A stretch of 64,000 nt of DNA from Acidimicrobiales bacterium. Lineage in GTDB: Bacteria > Actinomycetota > Acidimicrobiia > Acidimicrobiales > Bog-793. This document shows, piece by piece, positions 9,419 through 18,085 of the stretch; position 1 is the stretch's first letter, and each line of letters begins with the position of its first letter. The translations under genes and the position numbers were made by a program. Location: contig JBEKLQ010000010.1 of assembly GCA_050010115.1 (NCBI GenBank), positions 60 through 64,059 of the forward strand. Reading direction: 5' to 3'. The notes under the pieces were generated by a model. That model did no database searches. It had not been told where the DNA came from and saw only the letters and a program-made list of their open reading frames with translations.

Positions 9419-10354
9419 CTACGGGTCCGAGCTCAGCGGCTGGCCGGCGACGTCGAGCGGGCTGAGCTCGACGGGACCCGCCGGCGCTTGTTTCGTGCCG
9501 ACGCGCCCGGTGGCCAGGAAGCACCCGACAAGGATCAGCAAGAAACCCACGACCGTCGCCACCCCGACGCTCTCCCCGAGGACCGTCACCCCGAGAACCA
9601 CCGCCACAACCGGGTTGACGTAGGTGATCACGGTCGCTCGCATCGCCCCGACCTCGCTGATGAGTGCGAAGAACACCATGAACGCGACCACCGTGCAGAC
9701 CAGGGTCAGCGCCACGACTGACTCGATGACCGGGGCCGTGAGCGTCTTCGGCAGTTCTTGGAACGCAGCGATCGGGGCATAGACCACGGCGCACAAGGCC
9801 AGGGAGCCAGCCGCGACACCGACCGGCGGCGCGTCGGAGAGATAGCGCGCCACGACCCAAGGGCCGAGGGCGTACCCGACGACGACACCGCCGATCGAGA
9901 CCGCCGCCCAGAGGTCGGCGCCCCCGACGGCGAAGCCCACGAGCAACGCCACCCCACCGAACCCCGTCGCCAGGCCGACGAGCCGACGCCGGTCGAGCCG
10001 GTCCGATCCGGTCAGCCATGCCAGGAGGGCGCCGACGAGCGGGACTGCCGCGATGAGGAGGCCCGAGAGCGAGCTCGGCAGCCGCTCCTCGGCGTGGAAC
10101 AGCAGCCACCACGGACCGCCCATCTCCAGCGCCGTGTACAGGACCAACGGCCGCCAAGCCTTGAGCAGCGGTCGCAGCGCGCCGCGGACTGCGGCGATGG
10201 GCAGGAGGATCAGCGCCCCGCCGCCGGTGCGGAAGAGCACCAGCAGCGCCGGGTTCATCTCCCGTACCGACACTTTGATGAGCAGGTAGGGAATTCCCCA
10301 GATGACGCCGAGTGCCACGAATAGCACCCAGCCGCGACGCGTCATCGCCTTCAT
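9419..10354 (-). CDS. EamA/DMT-family transporter
   Basis: 311 aa with about 10 hydrophobic helices. The N-terminus RGWVLFVALGVIWGIPYLLIK is typical of EamA repeats. Confidence 0.8.
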   Translation of the reverse strand: MKAMTRRGWVLFVALGVIWGIPYLLIKVSVREMNPALLVLFRTGGGALILLPIAAVRGALRPLLKAWRPLVLYTALEMGGPWWLLFHAEERLPSSLSGLLIAAVPLVGALLAWLTGSDRLDRRRLVGLATGFGGVALLVGFAVGGADLWAAVSIGGVVVGYALGPWVVARYLSDAPPVGVAAGSLALCAVVYAPIAAFQELPKTLTAPVIESVVALTLVCTVVAFMVFFALISEVGAMRATVITYVNPVVAVVLGVTVLGESVGVATVVGFLLILVGCFLATGRVGTKQAPAGPVELSPLDVAGQPLSSDP

Positions 10355-10436
10355 CCTGCCGGAATTCCGGGGCGGGTCCGGCCGTGCTCGGAGCTAACGT
10401 CGGGCGTCCTCACCAAGACGCGACCTGGAGGTTCCC

Positions 10437-11384
10437 ATGACCGAGGAAGAGCGCGCCGTATCGGCTGACAACGGACGGCTCGCGCTCCCGGCGATCGTGG
10501 TGCACGGCGGGGCGGGGCGGTTCGACCGGGTGAGGACCGACGCACACGTCGAGCGCATCGGCGCCGGGCTCTCGGGCGCCCTCGATGCGGGCTGGGCTGT
10601 GCTCTCGGCGGGGGGCTCGGCCGTCGACGCCGTCGTCGAGGCCGTGGCCTACCTGGAGGACAGCGGTCGTTTCAACGCCGGCCGCGGCTCGGTCACGACC
10701 TCGGACGGGTCGGTCGAGTTCGACGCGAGCGTGATGAACGCGTCGACGGGTCGGGTCGGAGCGATCTGCGCGTCGACGTGGCCGGCCAACCCTGTGCGGG
10801 TTGCCCGCAAGGTGGCCGAGATCGGCGGCCCGCCTGATGGGCCGACGCTGCTGGCCGGAGCGGGCGCGGACTCTTTCGCCAGCGAGCAGGGCTTCCAGCC
10901 GATGACCCCGGCGATGCTGGCGTCGGCGACGGCGGAGACCGACGTCGGCGACGAGATCTCGTCGGAGGCCGGGACTGTCGGGGCGGTTGCCGTCGACGGC
11001 GACGGCCGTATCGCCGCGGCGACGAGCACCGGCGGTCGCGCTGGGCAGATGCGCGGGCGGGTTGGCGACTCACCGATCCCTGGAGCAGGGATCTGGGCGG
11101 CGTGCGACACCGCCGCCGTATCGGCTACGGGGGCTGGTGAGGCATTTGTGGTGGCGGGTTTCTCTCATCGAGTCGACTGGGAGATGCGAGCCGGCGCTGA
11201 CCTCGACACTGCGATGGCGAGGGCGCTGGCTACCGTGGCCGGCTTCGGCGGCGACGGCGGCGGGATCGCTATCACGTCGGACGGCACGTTCTCGGCCAGC
11301 TTCAACTCAGCTGCTATGGCGCGGGGCTGGCGGGACGCCGGCGGCACCGTGACGCGGGTGTTCCCGACCGGCACCGGAAGCTAG
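10437..11384 (+). CDS. isoaspartyl peptidase / L-asparaginase (Ntn hydrolase)
   Basis: IVVHGGAGRF near the N-terminus and the autocleavage/nucleophile motif GTVGAVAVDGDGRIAAATSTGG. Confidence 0.85.
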   Translation: MTEEERAVSADNGRLALPAIVVHGGAGRFDRVRTDAHVERIGAGLSGALDAGWAVLSAGGSAVDAVVEAVAYLEDSGRFNAGRGSVTTSDGSVEFDASVMNASTGRVGAICASTWPANPVRVARKVAEIGGPPDGPTLLAGAGADSFASEQGFQPMTPAMLASATAETDVGDEISSEAGTVGAVAVDGDGRIAAATSTGGRAGQMRGRVGDSPIPGAGIWAACDTAAVSATGAGEAFVVAGFSHRVDWEMRAGADLDTAMARALATVAGFGGDGGGIAITSDGTFSASFNSAAMARGWRDAGGTVTRVFPTGTGS

Positions 11385-11433
11385 GCCGGCCGCTGGCCGT
11401 CAGCCGTCGGCCGCTCAGCCCGCCCAAGCGAAT

Positions 11434-12651
11434 TCAGCTGCGCGGCACCTTCGACCAGGGCAGGTCCTTGTCCGTACGGACGTCACCCGGCAACCCGAGT
11501 ACGCGCTCGCCCAGGATGTTGCGCTGGATCTCCGACGTGCCGCCTTCGATCGAGTTCGCCCTCGCCCGGAGGAACATCTTCCGCCCTGATCCGGGTGGGC
11601 CCACCAGCCCGAGGTGCTCGCTCCGGCGCATCGTGTAGTCGTAGCCGACCAGAGCAGCTGCCCCCAGCAGGTCCACACACAGTTCGTAGATCCGCTTGTT
11701 GAGCTCGGCGAACTGGAGCTTGGCGATCGAGCCCTCCGGGCCCGGGTTGCCGGCGCGGCGGTTCGAGCCGGCCCGCAGGTTTGTGAGGCGCAGCGCCTCG
11801 GCCTCGATCCACAGCTGCGCGAGCCGATCCCGCTCCACGGCGGTCCTCGAGCCCGGCTCCTCCCGCCAGATCCGGAGGGCCTCGGCGATCGGCCCCGAGC
11901 CACGAGCCGGTGCGCCACTCCCGCCGATCGAGGTCCGCTCGTTCATGAGCGTGCTCATCGACACCCGCCAGCCATCGCCGACATCGCCCACCCGGTCGGC
12001 GTCGGGCACCCGCACATCGGTGAGGTACACCTCGTTGAACTCCGCCTCACCCGTCATCTGGCGGAGCGGCCGTACTTCCACGCCGGCCGAGGCCATGTCG
12101 AGGGCGAAGTAGGTGAGGCCTTTGTGCTTCGGCGCTTCGGGGTCGGTGCGGGTGACGAGCATGCCCCGCTGGGACACGTGGGCGAGCGTGTTCCAGACTT
12201 TCTGGCCCGTGACGACCCATTCGTCGCCGTCCCGCACTGCTCGTGTCGACAGCCCTGCGAGGTCTGAGCCGGCGCCAGGCTCGCTGAACAGCTGGCACCA
12301 GGAGTCCTCACCGGTGAACAGGCGCGGGAGCAGGCGGGCCTTGATCTCGTCGGAGCCGTGGGTGACGATGGTGGGCCCGGCCATCGCCAGGCCGAAGAAT
12401 TCGAACAAGCCATGCGGCTTGGCACCCGCTTCGGCGAGGCGGCCGTCGACCACTCGTTGGAAGTGCGGCGGGAGCCCCAACCCACCCAAACCCTCCGGGA
12501 AGTGCACCCACGCCAACCCCATGTCGTACTGCTTGTGGCGGAAGGTGACCGGGTCGGTGGTCGCCGGATCGGCTTCGGCCAGCAGCGCCTCGATGCGCTC
12601 GTTGACGGTCGTGGACGGGCCGGCTGACGTCGCGGCGGCAGTGTCGGTCAT
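11434..12651 (-). CDS. acyl-CoA dehydrogenase
   Basis: 405 aa. Motifs: WCQLFSEPGAGSDLAGL, ..VTGQKVWNT, and C-terminal ...IEGGTSEIQRNILGERVLGLP. Confidence 0.85.
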   Translation of the reverse strand: MTDTAAATSAGPSTTVNERIEALLAEADPATTDPVTFRHKQYDMGLAWVHFPEGLGGLGLPPHFQRVVDGRLAEAGAKPHGLFEFFGLAMAGPTIVTHGSDEIKARLLPRLFTGEDSWCQLFSEPGAGSDLAGLSTRAVRDGDEWVVTGQKVWNTLAHVSQRGMLVTRTDPEAPKHKGLTYFALDMASAGVEVRPLRQMTGEAEFNEVYLTDVRVPDADRVGDVGDGWRVSMSTLMNERTSIGGSGAPARGSGPIAEALRIWREEPGSRTAVERDRLAQLWIEAEALRLTNLRAGSNRRAGNPGPEGSIAKLQFAELNKRIYELCVDLLGAAALVGYDYTMRRSEHLGLVGPPGSGRKMFLRARANSIEGGTSEIQRNILGERVLGLPGDVRTDKDLPWSKVPRS

Positions 12652-12693
12652 GGTGACAGTCTGGCGCGTCCCACCGGCCGAGGCCTACTCGGC

Positions 12694-13467
12694 TCAGTTG
12701 ACGAAGCGGCAGATGAGAGTTCCGAACAGCTCGGGGCGCCCGATCCGGTGGATCGCCCGGGAGTACCAGCGCGGGAACGCCACCGATCGCCCGGGGAAGT
12801 AGGTCTCGAAGACCGCCGGGTTCTCGAGATGCCGGATCTCCAACCCCGAGAAACCCACCTCGTCCCCCACCCGAGCCAGTGCCCTCACGGAATTGGCTCG
12901 GTACGCCACCGAGAAATGGGCGACGTGGTCGTGCTCGTGCCCGGTGTGGCGGGCGCGGGTAGCTCGGAGCAACCGGTCCTCGACACCGAGAGCCATCGAG
13001 GCCTTGGCGGCGACACCGAAGTAGTGCCACAGGTTCGGGGTGACGACGAAGAGCGAGCCTCCGGGTCGCAGGCACTCTCGTGCCGCCCGGAAGAAGGCGA
13101 CGGGATCGGTCACGTGCTCGACGACGTAGACGGCGAGGGCGAGATCGAACGCCGGCTTGCCGGCGTGGCCGGCGCGCTCGGCTGCGAACGCCTCGACGGT
13201 GGTCTGGTGCCACTCGTCGAGACCGCCGTCGGCTGAGCCTCGGGCTGAGCCGACCTGATCGGGGTCGATCCCGACGTAGCGGCCCACGAGCGGGCGGACA
13301 CGTGCCCGGTAGTCGTCGTCGCCATCGCCGGCACCGATGTCCAGCAGCGAGTCGGCTCCCGTGGCGACCTCGGCCACCCATCGGGCGAGCACGTCGTACT
13401 GGTCGTCGGAAGCGGGGAGCATCTCGCTGTGGACAGCGAGGCGGTCAGATCGAACAGGACGGCTCAC
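12694..13467 (-). CDS. class I SAM-dependent methyltransferase
   Basis: Motif I LLDIGAGDGDD and post-I YVGIDP. Later PGGSLFVVTPN. Confidence 0.7.
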   Translation of the reverse strand: MSRPVRSDRLAVHSEMLPASDDQYDVLARWVAEVATGADSLLDIGAGDGDDDYRARVRPLVGRYVGIDPDQVGSARGSADGGLDEWHQTTVEAFAAERAGHAGKPAFDLALAVYVVEHVTDPVAFFRAARECLRPGGSLFVVTPNLWHYFGVAAKASMALGVEDRLLRATRARHTGHEHDHVAHFSVAYRANSVRALARVGDEVGFSGLEIRHLENPAVFETYFPGRSVAFPRWYSRAIHRIGRPELFGTLICRFVN

Positions 13468-13519
13468 CGGATCAGGCTACGAGGACCGCCGGCTCGGCGC
13501 GGCGGCGTAGCCTGCGGCT

Positions 13520-14350
13520 ATGGAGAACGTGGTGCTCACGACAGGTGCGACATCGGGCATCGGCCTCGCGACGGCCGTTGAGATGGCTAAGCGAGGCTGG
13601 TGCTCGGTCGGCTCGGCTCGGTCGGACGCGAAGGCCGAACTGCTCCGCCAGGCTGCAGCCGAGGCGGGTGTCGAGGTCGACACGGTCCTGTTCGACGTTG
13701 CCGACGCAGCCGCCTGCGAGCGGGCGATCACCGAGGTGGTCGCTCGGCATGGCCGACTCGACGGTCTCGTCAACAACGCCGGCTACTCCGCCACCGGCGC
13801 AATCGAGGAGGTCAGCGACGACGAGGCGCGGGCCCTGCTGGAGACGATGGTGATCGCTCCGGCCCGCCTCGCCCGGCTTGCCTTGCCGGTCATGCGGCTG
13901 TCTGGCGGTGGCACGATCGTCAACATCTCGTCCATCTACGGCAGGGTCACCACACCGTTGTCGGGCTGGTACCAGGCCGCCAAGCATGCCCTCGAAGGTT
14001 GGTCCGACGCCCTGCGCATGGAGGTGGCGGCCGAGGGAATTCGTGTGGTGTTGGTGGAACCGGGTGGTTTCAAGACGAACATCTGGGAGGAGTTCGATCG
14101 CGACACCGACGGGCGCGAGGGGTCCCGGTACGAGGCGGCGTACAAGCGGGCACGCCAGACGATCGGGCTGTCCGCTCCGTTCATGGGTCGGCCCGAGTCG
14201 TGCGCCGGCGTAATTGCTCACGCGCTCGAGACACGCTCGCCCCGGGCGCGCTATCTCGTCGGCGCCGACGCCTTCGTGATCGCGGCAGTGTCGCAGGTCG
14301 CCCCGACCAGTGTGATCGATCGGATCAGCCGGATCGTCATCGGCCTGTAG
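13520..14350 (+). CDS. short-chain dehydrogenase/reductase (SDR)
   Basis: TGATSGIGLATA cofactor motif, NNAG, and catalytic YQAAKHALEG (YxxxK). Confidence 0.85.
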   Translation: MENVVLTTGATSGIGLATAVEMAKRGWCSVGSARSDAKAELLRQAAAEAGVEVDTVLFDVADAAACERAITEVVARHGRLDGLVNNAGYSATGAIEEVSDDEARALLETMVIAPARLARLALPVMRLSGGGTIVNISSIYGRVTTPLSGWYQAAKHALEGWSDALRMEVAAEGIRVVLVEPGGFKTNIWEEFDRDTDGREGSRYEAAYKRARQTIGLSAPFMGRPESCAGVIAHALETRSPRARYLVGADAFVIAAVSQVAPTSVIDRISRIVIGL

Positions 14351-14352
14351 CG

Positions 14353-14381
14353 GGGGCCCGCCCCCGGGAGGGGCGGGCCCC
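14353..14381. terminator. GC-rich hairpin between convergent genes (bidirectional terminator candidate)
   Basis: ggggcccgcccc (14353-14364), 5-nt loop, ggggcgggcccc (14370-14381): a 12-bp perfect stem. It sits between the SDR stop and the peptidase stop. Confidence 0.5.
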
Positions 14382-14437
14382 GTTCGTGTCATCGGCGTGC
14401 CAGTCGCCTCACCGGCAACCGGCGAGCTCCGGTCGGG

Positions 14438-15220
14438 TCAGGCGTGAGCCCACGTGATCGAGAAGGCGTTGCCGGCGCTGTCGAGCACCGACGGCGCCGC
14501 CCGGGTCACGCCCTTGCTCGTCACCATGGTGATCTCGTGCGGGCCGCTCTTGCCTGTGAACGAGGAGATGGGCTCGTCGGAACCGCCGGCTGCGGCGACG
14601 CAGTTCGTGAAGCCCACGGTGCCGAAGTTGGCGAGCTTGGCGAGCGAGGCACCGACCTCGGGCGATTCGGCGATCCACTCCGCCGACTCCTGCTTCAGCG
14701 ACGCGCTACCGGTCTTGACCTTGGTGAAGGTCCAGCCGCGGCTGCTCTTCAGGCTCAGCGTGAAGCTGCTGCCGGACACCGAGACTTCGGCAGTGAGCGT
14801 GTCGCCCGCCTGTACCGGGTACTTCGACGGCGAGAGGTTGACCGATGCTGCCGGGTACATCTCCCACCAGGCGTAGTACGTGGGGGCCGTGCCGTCGCAG
14901 TCCGAGTCGGACCCGAGCTGCTCGACGGAATTCGAGTTGTAGCCGTCGATGCCAACCCAGAAGGACGAGTACTTTGTGCCTTTGCCTTTGCAGGTGGCGG
15001 TCGGCTGCACCCAGGTGCCCTGGACATCGGTGAACTTGGCAGAGCCTTCGACGCCATAGCCGGACCAGTTGCTGGAAGCCACCGAGTTGTGGAACACCTT
15101 CAGATGCGCCTCCGTGTTCACCATGCCGTGGACGGCTTGAGCGGCCGTCACAGCCACCGTCCCCCCCTGCACCAGCGCGCACACGGCGGCCACGCCGGCG
15201 AGACGAACGAGCTTGTTCAT
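14438..15220 (-). CDS. secreted G1-family (eqolisin / scytalidoglutamic-type, Peptidase_A4) glutamic peptidase, paralogue 1
   Basis: Signal peptide MNKLVRLAGVAAVCALVQGG...AQA. Family motifs: SNWSGY, FWVGIDGY..SVEQLG (catalytic Gln context) and SAEWIAESP (catalytic Glu context). SD gagggg lies upstream of the ATG. Confidence 0.65.
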   Translation of the reverse strand: MNKLVRLAGVAAVCALVQGGTVAVTAAQAVHGMVNTEAHLKVFHNSVASSNWSGYGVEGSAKFTDVQGTWVQPTATCKGKGTKYSSFWVGIDGYNSNSVEQLGSDSDCDGTAPTYYAWWEMYPAASVNLSPSKYPVQAGDTLTAEVSVSGSSFTLSLKSSRGWTFTKVKTGSASLKQESAEWIAESPEVGASLAKLANFGTVGFTNCVAAAGGSDEPISSFTGKSGPHEITMVTSKGVTRAAPSVLDSAGNAFSITWAHA

Positions 15221-15319
15221 GTATCCCCTCTTCGTTGAGCGATACGGGGCGGTCCCCCCGAGAAGCCGAGAAATCTACCGGCCGGAGAGCACTTCAACAA
15301 GTTGTAATGGCTCTTTCGG

Positions 15320-16042
15320 CTACAAGGATTGCAGGTGGGTCGTCAGCCAGCTCAAGCGGTCGAGGACGAGCAGGATGCCATAGCCCGCCATGCAGGCCGT
15401 GGCGACGGCCATGATCGCCCCGACATGACGCCGCATGAACGCCAGGGCTCCCGCCAGCCGGCCGAACGCCAGGCTCACGGCCAGGCACGGCAGGCCGAGC
15501 CCGAGCGAGTAGGCGATGAGGAGCCCGGTGGCATGCGCGATGTTGGAGCCTGACGCCGCCAGCGCCAGCACCGAAGCGAGCACGGGTGTCGCGCACGGGG
15601 TCCAGCCGAACCCGAACGCCGCGCCGGCCACCGGTGCGGCGAACGGTCCCAGCTTCGACAGGTTGGGGTGAAAGCGTGCTTCGCGCCCGAGGCCCGGCAG
15701 GCGGAGCAGCACTCCGGCTGCCAGGACCGCCGCCATCACGAGCACGACGGCTCCCGAGATGCGGGTCAGCAACTGCTTGTCGTGGGTGATGGTCTGGCCG
15801 ACCATGGTGGCGGACAGGCCGACCAGGACGAACACCACCGAGAAACCCGCCACGAACAGCCCCGTGTCCCGTGCCACCCGCCCGAGGTGGCCGCGTGTCT
15901 CGGTGACCGTGGTGATGTCGGTCCCGGTGACGACCGACAGCACCACAGGCAAGATTGGCAGCACGCAAGGTGAGACGAACGACAACAGCCCGCCTCCGAA
16001 CGCGGCGAGATAGCCGACACCGACGACTGCCGTTGTTTGCAT
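15320..16042 (-). CDS. ccdA: cytochrome c biogenesis / thiol-disulfide electron transporter CcdA (DsbD-like)
   Basis: 240 aa with 6 TM helices. First helix FVSPCVLPILP and a second conserved Cys in GWTPCATPVL. Confidence 0.85.
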   Translation of the reverse strand: MQTTAVVGVGYLAAFGGGLLSFVSPCVLPILPVVLSVVTGTDITTVTETRGHLGRVARDTGLFVAGFSVVFVLVGLSATMVGQTITHDKQLLTRISGAVVLVMAAVLAAGVLLRLPGLGREARFHPNLSKLGPFAAPVAGAAFGFGWTPCATPVLASVLALAASGSNIAHATGLLIAYSLGLGLPCLAVSLAFGRLAGALAFMRRHVGAIMAVATACMAGYGILLVLDRLSWLTTHLQSL

Positions 16043-16705
16043 TGTGGACCAATCCTGCCCGGTGGGGCTTCGATGTTCAAAGCCGGCACTAGGTTCGTGG
16101 TCGCCATGTCCGGAGCTGCTGTGCCCTCAGGTCGCGTTCGGTTCGGGTGGCGCTTCCGGCTGCTCGTCGTGCTGGCCGTGGCGATCACGGCGTTCGCGGT
16201 GCTCGGCATCGTCCAGACACTGCACTACTCGTCGGCGAAGACGGGGGTGTCGCAGGACCAGCTGGGTTTCTTCAAGCCGAAGTCGGCAACGCCGGTGGCG
16301 TTCTCGTTGCCGCAGCTCACCGCCGCCTCCAAGGCTTCGGAGACGACGCTGTCGGAGCTGGTCGGCAAGCCGGTCGTGCTGAACCTGTGGGCGAGCTACT
16401 GCACTGTCTGCAAGAGCGAGACCCCCGCCCTCACCGCAGTCGCCCGCAGCATCGGCGACCGGGTCACATTCGTCGGGATCGATTCGGCCGACGAGCGTGG
16501 GCCTGCCCTGGCGTTCGAGCACAAATACCCGACGGTGTACCCGCAGCTGTTCGATCCTGGCGCGATCGTCGCCGATGGCTACGGCGTGCCGGGCCTGCCG
16601 GTGACGGTGTTCATCTCGGCGGCGGGCAAGGTCGTCGGCGAGAACGTGGGTGCGCTCACCGTGGCCAGCCTGCGCCACGACCTGTCGACCCTCTTCGGGC
16701 AGTGA
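16037..16705 (+). CDS. TlpA/ResA-family thiol-disulfide oxidoreductase (membrane-anchored thioredoxin fold)
   Basis: TM anchor then VVLNLWASYCTVCKSE (CxxC). The start is probably MFKAG at 16073, because 16037 overlaps the ccdA start. Confidence 0.8.
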   Translation: MHCGPILPGGASMFKAGTRFVVAMSGAAVPSGRVRFGWRFRLLVVLAVAITAFAVLGIVQTLHYSSAKTGVSQDQLGFFKPKSATPVAFSLPQLTAASKASETTLSELVGKPVVLNLWASYCTVCKSETPALTAVARSIGDRVTFVGIDSADERGPALAFEHKYPTVYPQLFDPGAIVADGYGVPGLPVTVFISAAGKVVGENVGALTVASLRHDLSTLFGQ

Positions 16706-16728
16706 GCATATCTAACTTTTAATAGCCG

Positions 16729-16779
16729 AGAATAGGCTAACTTCTATTCTTGTATAGCATTGGGTATACTGCTGCAGTG
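16729..16779 (+). promoter_or_regulatory. AT-rich promoter region with 7-bp inverted repeat and leaderless geometry for the ATPase gene
   Basis: AGAATAG (16729-16735), 8 nt, CTATTCT (16744-16750). TATACT (16765-16770), 6 nt, in-frame GTG (16777). The surrounding 60 nt are strikingly AT-rich for this genome. Confidence 0.4.
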
Positions 16780-17997
16780 GATCCCGTTCGGAACCCGTAC
16801 AGCCCTGGAGCCGGCACACGGCCGCCGGCGCTCGTAGGGCGGGATCGCGAGATCGAGGCCATGGACGTGGCGCTGCAGCGGCTCCTGCTCGGCCGGGACG
16901 GGCGCAGTCAGATGCTGACCGGGCTACGCGGGGTCGGCAAGACGGTGCTGCTGAACGAGTTCGAGCTGCTGGCGGATGCTCGGGGCTACTTCCACGAGCA
17001 CGTCGAGGTGGCCGAGGACGGGGTGCTGGCGCCGGCGTTGGTGGCGGCATTCCGGCGTGTGTTGATGACGATGGACGCCAAGCGCCGGATCGGCGATCGG
17101 GTGCGGCGAGCGCTCGGGATCCTGAAGGCCTTCAGCCTCCAGTTGCCGGGTGGTTTCGAGCTCAATCTCGACGTGGACGCCGTGCCCGGGCCTGCAGACT
17201 CCGGTGACCTCGCCAGTGATCTCGCCGCGCTGTTCGTCGAGCTCGGGGAGGTCGCTCGGGACCACGGGGCCGGGGTCTTCCTCACGATCGACGAGCTTCA
17301 CTACGTCGACCTCGGCACGTTGTCGGCACTCGTCGTCGGCCTCCACCGTGCCACGCAGCTACGGCTGCCCATCACCGTCGCGGGGGCCGGTCTGCCGTCG
17401 CTCGCGATCGTGACCGGGGAGGCCAAGACGTACGCCGAGCGGCTGTTCACCTTCCCTCAGATCGGGTCGCTGCCCGAGGACCTGGCAGCTGAGGCGCTGG
17501 CAACTCCTGCGCTCGACGAAGGTGTGGTCTGGGCCGGCGCCGCCCTCGGCAAGGTGCTCGAGGTGACCCGCTGCTTCCCGTACTTCCTGCAGGAGTTCGG
17601 CAAGTCGGCCTGGGACGTGAGCGAAGGCCCGGACGAGATCAGCCTGGACGACGTACAGCGTTCGTTGGCGTTGGCGGTGGCGGAGTTGGACGACGGTTTC
17701 TTCCGGGTGCGGACGGGGCAGACGAGCGCCGGCGAGCGGATCTACCTGCGGGCCATGGCCGAGCTCGGACCGGGACCGGTGCGGACCGGCGAGGTGGCGG
17801 CGTTGTTGGGCACGCGGACGAACTCGTTGGCGCCGACGAGGGACAATCTGATCAAGCGGGCGGTCTGCTACTCGCCCCGCTGGGGTGAGATCGACTTCAC
17901 GGTCCCGATGTTCGACGACTACATGAAGCGCTTGATGCCGGAGCTGCCGGAGCTGGCGAGGCTGCCGAGGCGACGACCGGCGCCAGGTGGCGTGTGA
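16750..17997 (+). CDS. ORC/Cdc6-like (AAA_16 / archaeal-ATPase-type) P-loop NTPase with C-terminal winged helix; function unknown
   Basis: N-terminal NPYSPGAGTRPPALVGRDREIE, Walker A GLRGVGKTVLL, Walker B VFLTIDELHYV. C-terminal wHTH-like RIYLRAMAELGPGPVRTGEVAALLG...NLIKRAVCYSPRWGEIDFTVPMFDDYMKR. The likely true start is GTG 16777. Confidence 0.65.
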   Translation: MYSIGYTAAVDPVRNPYSPGAGTRPPALVGRDREIEAMDVALQRLLLGRDGRSQMLTGLRGVGKTVLLNEFELLADARGYFHEHVEVAEDGVLAPALVAAFRRVLMTMDAKRRIGDRVRRALGILKAFSLQLPGGFELNLDVDAVPGPADSGDLASDLAALFVELGEVARDHGAGVFLTIDELHYVDLGTLSALVVGLHRATQLRLPITVAGAGLPSLAIVTGEAKTYAERLFTFPQIGSLPEDLAAEALATPALDEGVVWAGAALGKVLEVTRCFPYFLQEFGKSAWDVSEGPDEISLDDVQRSLALAVAELDDGFFRVRTGQTSAGERIYLRAMAELGPGPVRTGEVAALLGTRTNSLAPTRDNLIKRAVCYSPRWGEIDFTVPMFDDYMKRLMPELPELARLPRRRPAPGGV

Positions 17998-18000
17998 GCT

Positions 18001-18085
18001 GAGCGGCCTCAGGCGTGCTGCCATGCGCGTGGAGCGGCCTCAGGCGTGCTGCCATGCGCGTGGAGCGGCCTCAGGCGTGTTGCCA
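18001..18085. repeat. 31-bp tandem repeat (2 identical copies plus a diverged third that is the real 3' end of the peptidase gene)
   Basis: gagcggcctcaggcgtgctgccatgcgcgtg occurs at 18001-18031 and again at 18032-18062. The third copy, from 18063, continues into the CDS. Confidence 0.9.

Noticed and set aside
18001-18085. Tandem repeats here, and at 26941-27048, 44431-44517 and 48903-48955, were considered as a possible CRISPR array.
   Set aside because: The units are directly abutting with no unique spacers and only 2-5 copies. Several are in-frame within genes, and no cas genes are present. They are simple tandem duplications.
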